A stretch of 64,000 nucleotides of DNA from Octopus sinensis (lineage: Eukaryota), in contig NC_042997.1 in assembly GCF_006345805.1 (NCBI RefSeq), positions 9,362,001-9,426,000 of the forward strand, given 5' to 3'. The notes beneath the pieces were generated by a model. That model did not search any database. It worked only from the letters and a program-made list of their open reading frames with translations, and was not told the origin of the DNA. The position numbers and the translations under genes are program-made. Position 1 is the stretch's first letter. Each line of letters begins with the position of its first letter. Below are positions 61,060 to 64,000 of the stretch, piece by piece.

Positions 61060-61454
61060 TCTTTATATATAAAAGTGAAGTTGTGTGTCTGTCTCCTACG
61101 ATTTAGATTCCTAACTACTCCCACATTTTGCGGTGCAGTGTAACCAAAAGCGGGTATCTTATAGTCGTGATTCATATCGAACCCTTCTGGGTATTAGCGC
61201 GTGTCAACGATGAGTCTACGATTTAAAAAAAAATTTACCATCATTTTTTCCCATTTTTAATGCATTTCTTAGCTATTATATAAGGGAAGTAACTCTCTAA
61301 AAATGTATTATTAAATCTCAGAACGTAAAAAGCTACAGTAACACCCCACTTTGTGGTTAGCCATATTGAGATGGCTATTATACTTTACATCCCTAAAAAT
61401 GCTTATATAGTTATTTCCCTTACAAACCCGAGCAACGCCGGGCGATACTGCTAG
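61060..61454 (+). mobile_element. Non-autonomous Helitron (395 bp)
   Basis: A|TC...CCCGAGCAACGCCGGG-CGATACTG-CTAG|T. Confidence 0.9.
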
Positions 61455-61599
61455 TTTAGGAATATAATTTTTCTCTTCACTCTCTCTTGGCTAATCTTCC
61501 ATGGCAAAAAATAGTTGTTTGGTTTTATAAATTTTTTCTGTCAAGCCAAGGGAAATTGTAATCATTGCTGATGCTGGTGTTACGTAACTGGCACATAAG

Positions 61600-61910
61600 C
61601 TCCTTTTTGTGTGTTGGGCTTCACAGAGGCAGTGATGAATGACTGACACGTTGGCATTAAGTCACGCTTGAGAAGAAGACCCATCAAGCTAAGTAAATCG
61701 TAGTCATGGCAGACACTGGTGTCACAAAAATGGCACCCATGCTGGTGGCACACATAACATTCTCAGAGAGATTGGTGTTAGGAAGGGCAACCAGCCGTGG
61801 AAACCATGCCAAATCAGACTGGAGTTTGGTGCAGCCTTCCAGCTTCCCAGCCCTGGTCTTATTGTCCAACCCATGCCAGCATGGACAATGAATATTAAAT
61901 GATGATGATG
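61600..61910 (+). mobile_element. Decayed RTE 3' end (ORF end, short UTR, (GAT)n tail)
   Basis: GGGCTTCACAGAGGCAGTGA..GAGAAGAAGACCC, then GGAAGGGCAACCAGCCGT..TTAAATGATGATG. Confidence 0.75.
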
Positions 61911-62360
61911 GTTTTTTTTTTTCTTTGTACTGTGGTAAGTTCACAAATTCAGCTATTTCACTTAGTGATGAGAGGAAATTTCGTTTTCATACAGTTACTA
62001 TGTGAACAGGCTGTAGTATTTAACATCATATAAAAACCACTACAGTTAATGTTGTGTTTGTTGTTGTTGATGTAACTGAATTCAAAGTAACTTCTTTGAG
62101 TACATGGAATAATTTCATCCTATTGCAAGTCTAGGTATGTTTTGATTTGGTGTTTTGTTTTTCCCTTTTTTTTTTTAGCCGTTGTTGTTTTGTTGTATGC
62201 CACAATTAAGTGAAATTGTTACACTGGATGTGAAAATGTAGTCTGTGTAAATACAATTATAAAAATTTGTGAACCAAACCACTTTTCTCTGTTGTCTACT
62301 CCTGAATCTCAAGGGCAACTCCTCCTTAGGTAATTATAGCCATATGGCACTTACTACAAA

Positions 62361-62928
62361 CATCATCATCATCATTTAACGTCCGCTTTCCATGCTAGCA
62401 TGGGTTGGACGGTTCAACTGGGGTCTGGGGAGCCCGAAGGCTGCACCAGGCCAGTCAGATCTGGCAGTGTTTTTACAACTGGATGCCCTTCCTAACGCCA
62501 ACCACTCCGAGAGTGTAGTGGGTGATTTTATGTGCCACCGACACAGGTGCCAGACGAGGCTGGCGAACGGCCACGCTCGGATGGTGTTTTTTATGTGCCA
62601 CCGACACAGGTGCAAGATGAGGCTGGCAGACGGCCACGCTCGGATGGTGTTTTTATGTGCCACCAACACAGGTGCCAGATGAGGCTGGCAGACGGCCACG
62701 CTCGGATGGTGTTTTTATGTGCCACCGACACAGGTGCCAGATGAGGCTGGCGAACGGCCACGATCGGATGGTGTTTGTTACGTGCCCACAGTACGGAGGC
62801 CAGTCGATACGGTACTGGCTACCTCCACGTTCGGCTGGTTTTCTTGAGTGCCACTGGCACTGGTACCACAAAGATACAAATTCCATTGATGTTTATCTAT
62901 TTTGATTTGTTTTGATTTGATTTGATTT
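62361..62928 (-). mobile_element. 5'-truncated RTE 3' UTR copy with its own four-unit ~61-bp tandem array
   Basis: (CAT)n tail, units starting at about 62531, 62594, 62655 and 62716, and (AAATC)n at the 5' side as at about 4462. Confidence 0.88.
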
Positions 62929-63047
62929 AATTCCAATAAAAATTTCATTTTGTAATACTTGAATAGATTGTGCTTGAAAGAGAGAAGTAAAACAAAAGAA
63001 GATCAAAAAAATACAAGTCATTAATGATAATAATAATAATAATAATA

Positions 63048-63235
63048 ATTCTCTCTGCTATAAGCACAAGGCCAGAAATTTGGGGGAGGGAGCTGTAAAT
63101 TTCATCGAACCCAGGACTTGTCAGCTCATTACGTTTTTGCCCTCAAAAAGTAAAACAATAAAGTTGACATCAACTGAATTTGATCTCAGAACATAGAGCT
63201 GGTAGAAATACCACTAAGCATTTTGTCCGGCACAG
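63048..63235 (-). mobile_element. SINE family A, degenerate
   Basis: GCACAAGGCCAGAAATTTGGGGG..AAAGTTGAC..GAATTTGATCTCAGAAC. Confidence 0.65.
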
Positions 63236-63269
63236 TGTCAACAACAACATCATCATCATCATCGACAAC

Positions 63270-63589
63270 AAACAGAGAAAGAAACAGAGAAACTTTCAAA
63301 ATACAAAGATCTGGAAATAGAGGTAACTGAAACGTGGAGTCTAAAAACAGAAACAATTCCTATCATAGTAGACATATTAGGTATGATTAATAAATATTCA
63401 TACAAAATATTCAGACAAAAACATTAGGACTAACAAGTATGTATAACACGCAGAAAATAGCACTACTAGGCACACATCTTATATAAAACACTTTCAATGC
63501 AGCAAAAATAAGAGCATCTCAACAAACCACAGCACATACCCGAGTCACACAGAGCTGCGCAGTGAAAGCTCGTAATAAAAATAAGACTA

Positions 63590-63592
<3 letters not shown>
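63270..63592 (+). mobile_element. R4/Dong-type LINE extreme 3' end followed by (TAA)n
   Basis: KETEKLSKYKDLEIEV..W..IPIIVDILGMI, then a UTR and a ~65-bp (TAA)n tract. Confidence 0.8.
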
Positions 63593-63647
<55 letters not shown>

Positions 63648-63661
63648 TAATAATAATAATA

Positions 63662-64000
63662 TGGCTTTGTGGTAAGTAGCTTGCTAACCAACCACATGGT
63701 TCCGGGTTCAGTCCCACTGTGTGGCATCTTGGGCAAGTGTCTTCTGCTATAGCCCCGGGCCGACCAATGCCTTGTGAGTGGATTTGGTAGACGGAAACTG
63801 AAAGAAGCCTGTTATATATATGTATATATATATGTATGTGTGTGTGTTTGTGTGTCTGTGTTTGTTCCCTCAACATCGCTTGACAACCGATGCTGGTGTG
63901 TTTACGTCCCCGTCACTTAGCGGTTCGGCAAAAAGAGACCGATAGAATAAGTACTGGGCTTACAAAAAGAATAAGTCCCGGGGTCGAGTTGCTCGACTAA
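63662..64000 (+). mobile_element. SINE family B, cut by the window end
   Basis: GTGGTAAGTAGCTTGC..GGGTTCAGTCCC..CTTGGGCAAGTG. Confidence 0.9.

Overview
AT-rich, microsatellite-dense animal genomic DNA. The repeat families resemble those of octopus or another coleoid cephalopod, which is an inference from recalled repeat sequences rather than a database search. I found no host protein-coding exon, rRNA or true tRNA gene, and nearly everything I could interpret is transposon-derived. Retroelements: a near full-length RTE-clade LINE (about 1.1-5.5 kb), a decayed Gypsy LTR element (7.9-12.4 kb), a decayed Penelope-like element (51.2-53.1 kb), R4/Dong-type LINE fragments mostly next to (TAA)n, and three tRNA-derived SINE families. 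The RTE LINE encodes APE, RT and a PHD-like finger, has a 172-bp tandem array upstream, and carries a 61-bp tandem array in its 3' UTR. DNA elements: several Tc1/mariner elements (DD37D, DD34D and one with long TIRs), hAT, Tc2-like and piggyBac-type MITEs, and non-autonomous Helitrons. The most interesting signal is a set of short fold-back elements embedded in (TA)n. Two carry type I hammerhead ribozyme motifs at the hairpin apex: a complete one at 26625-26669 inside a 149-nt rod, and a partly decayed one at 45674-45721. Three more decayed minimal hammerheads occur elsewhere in the window. This suggests a retrozyme-like or Penelope-dependent non-autonomous RNA element system. All coordinates were read by eye, and boundaries of decayed repeats are approximate.
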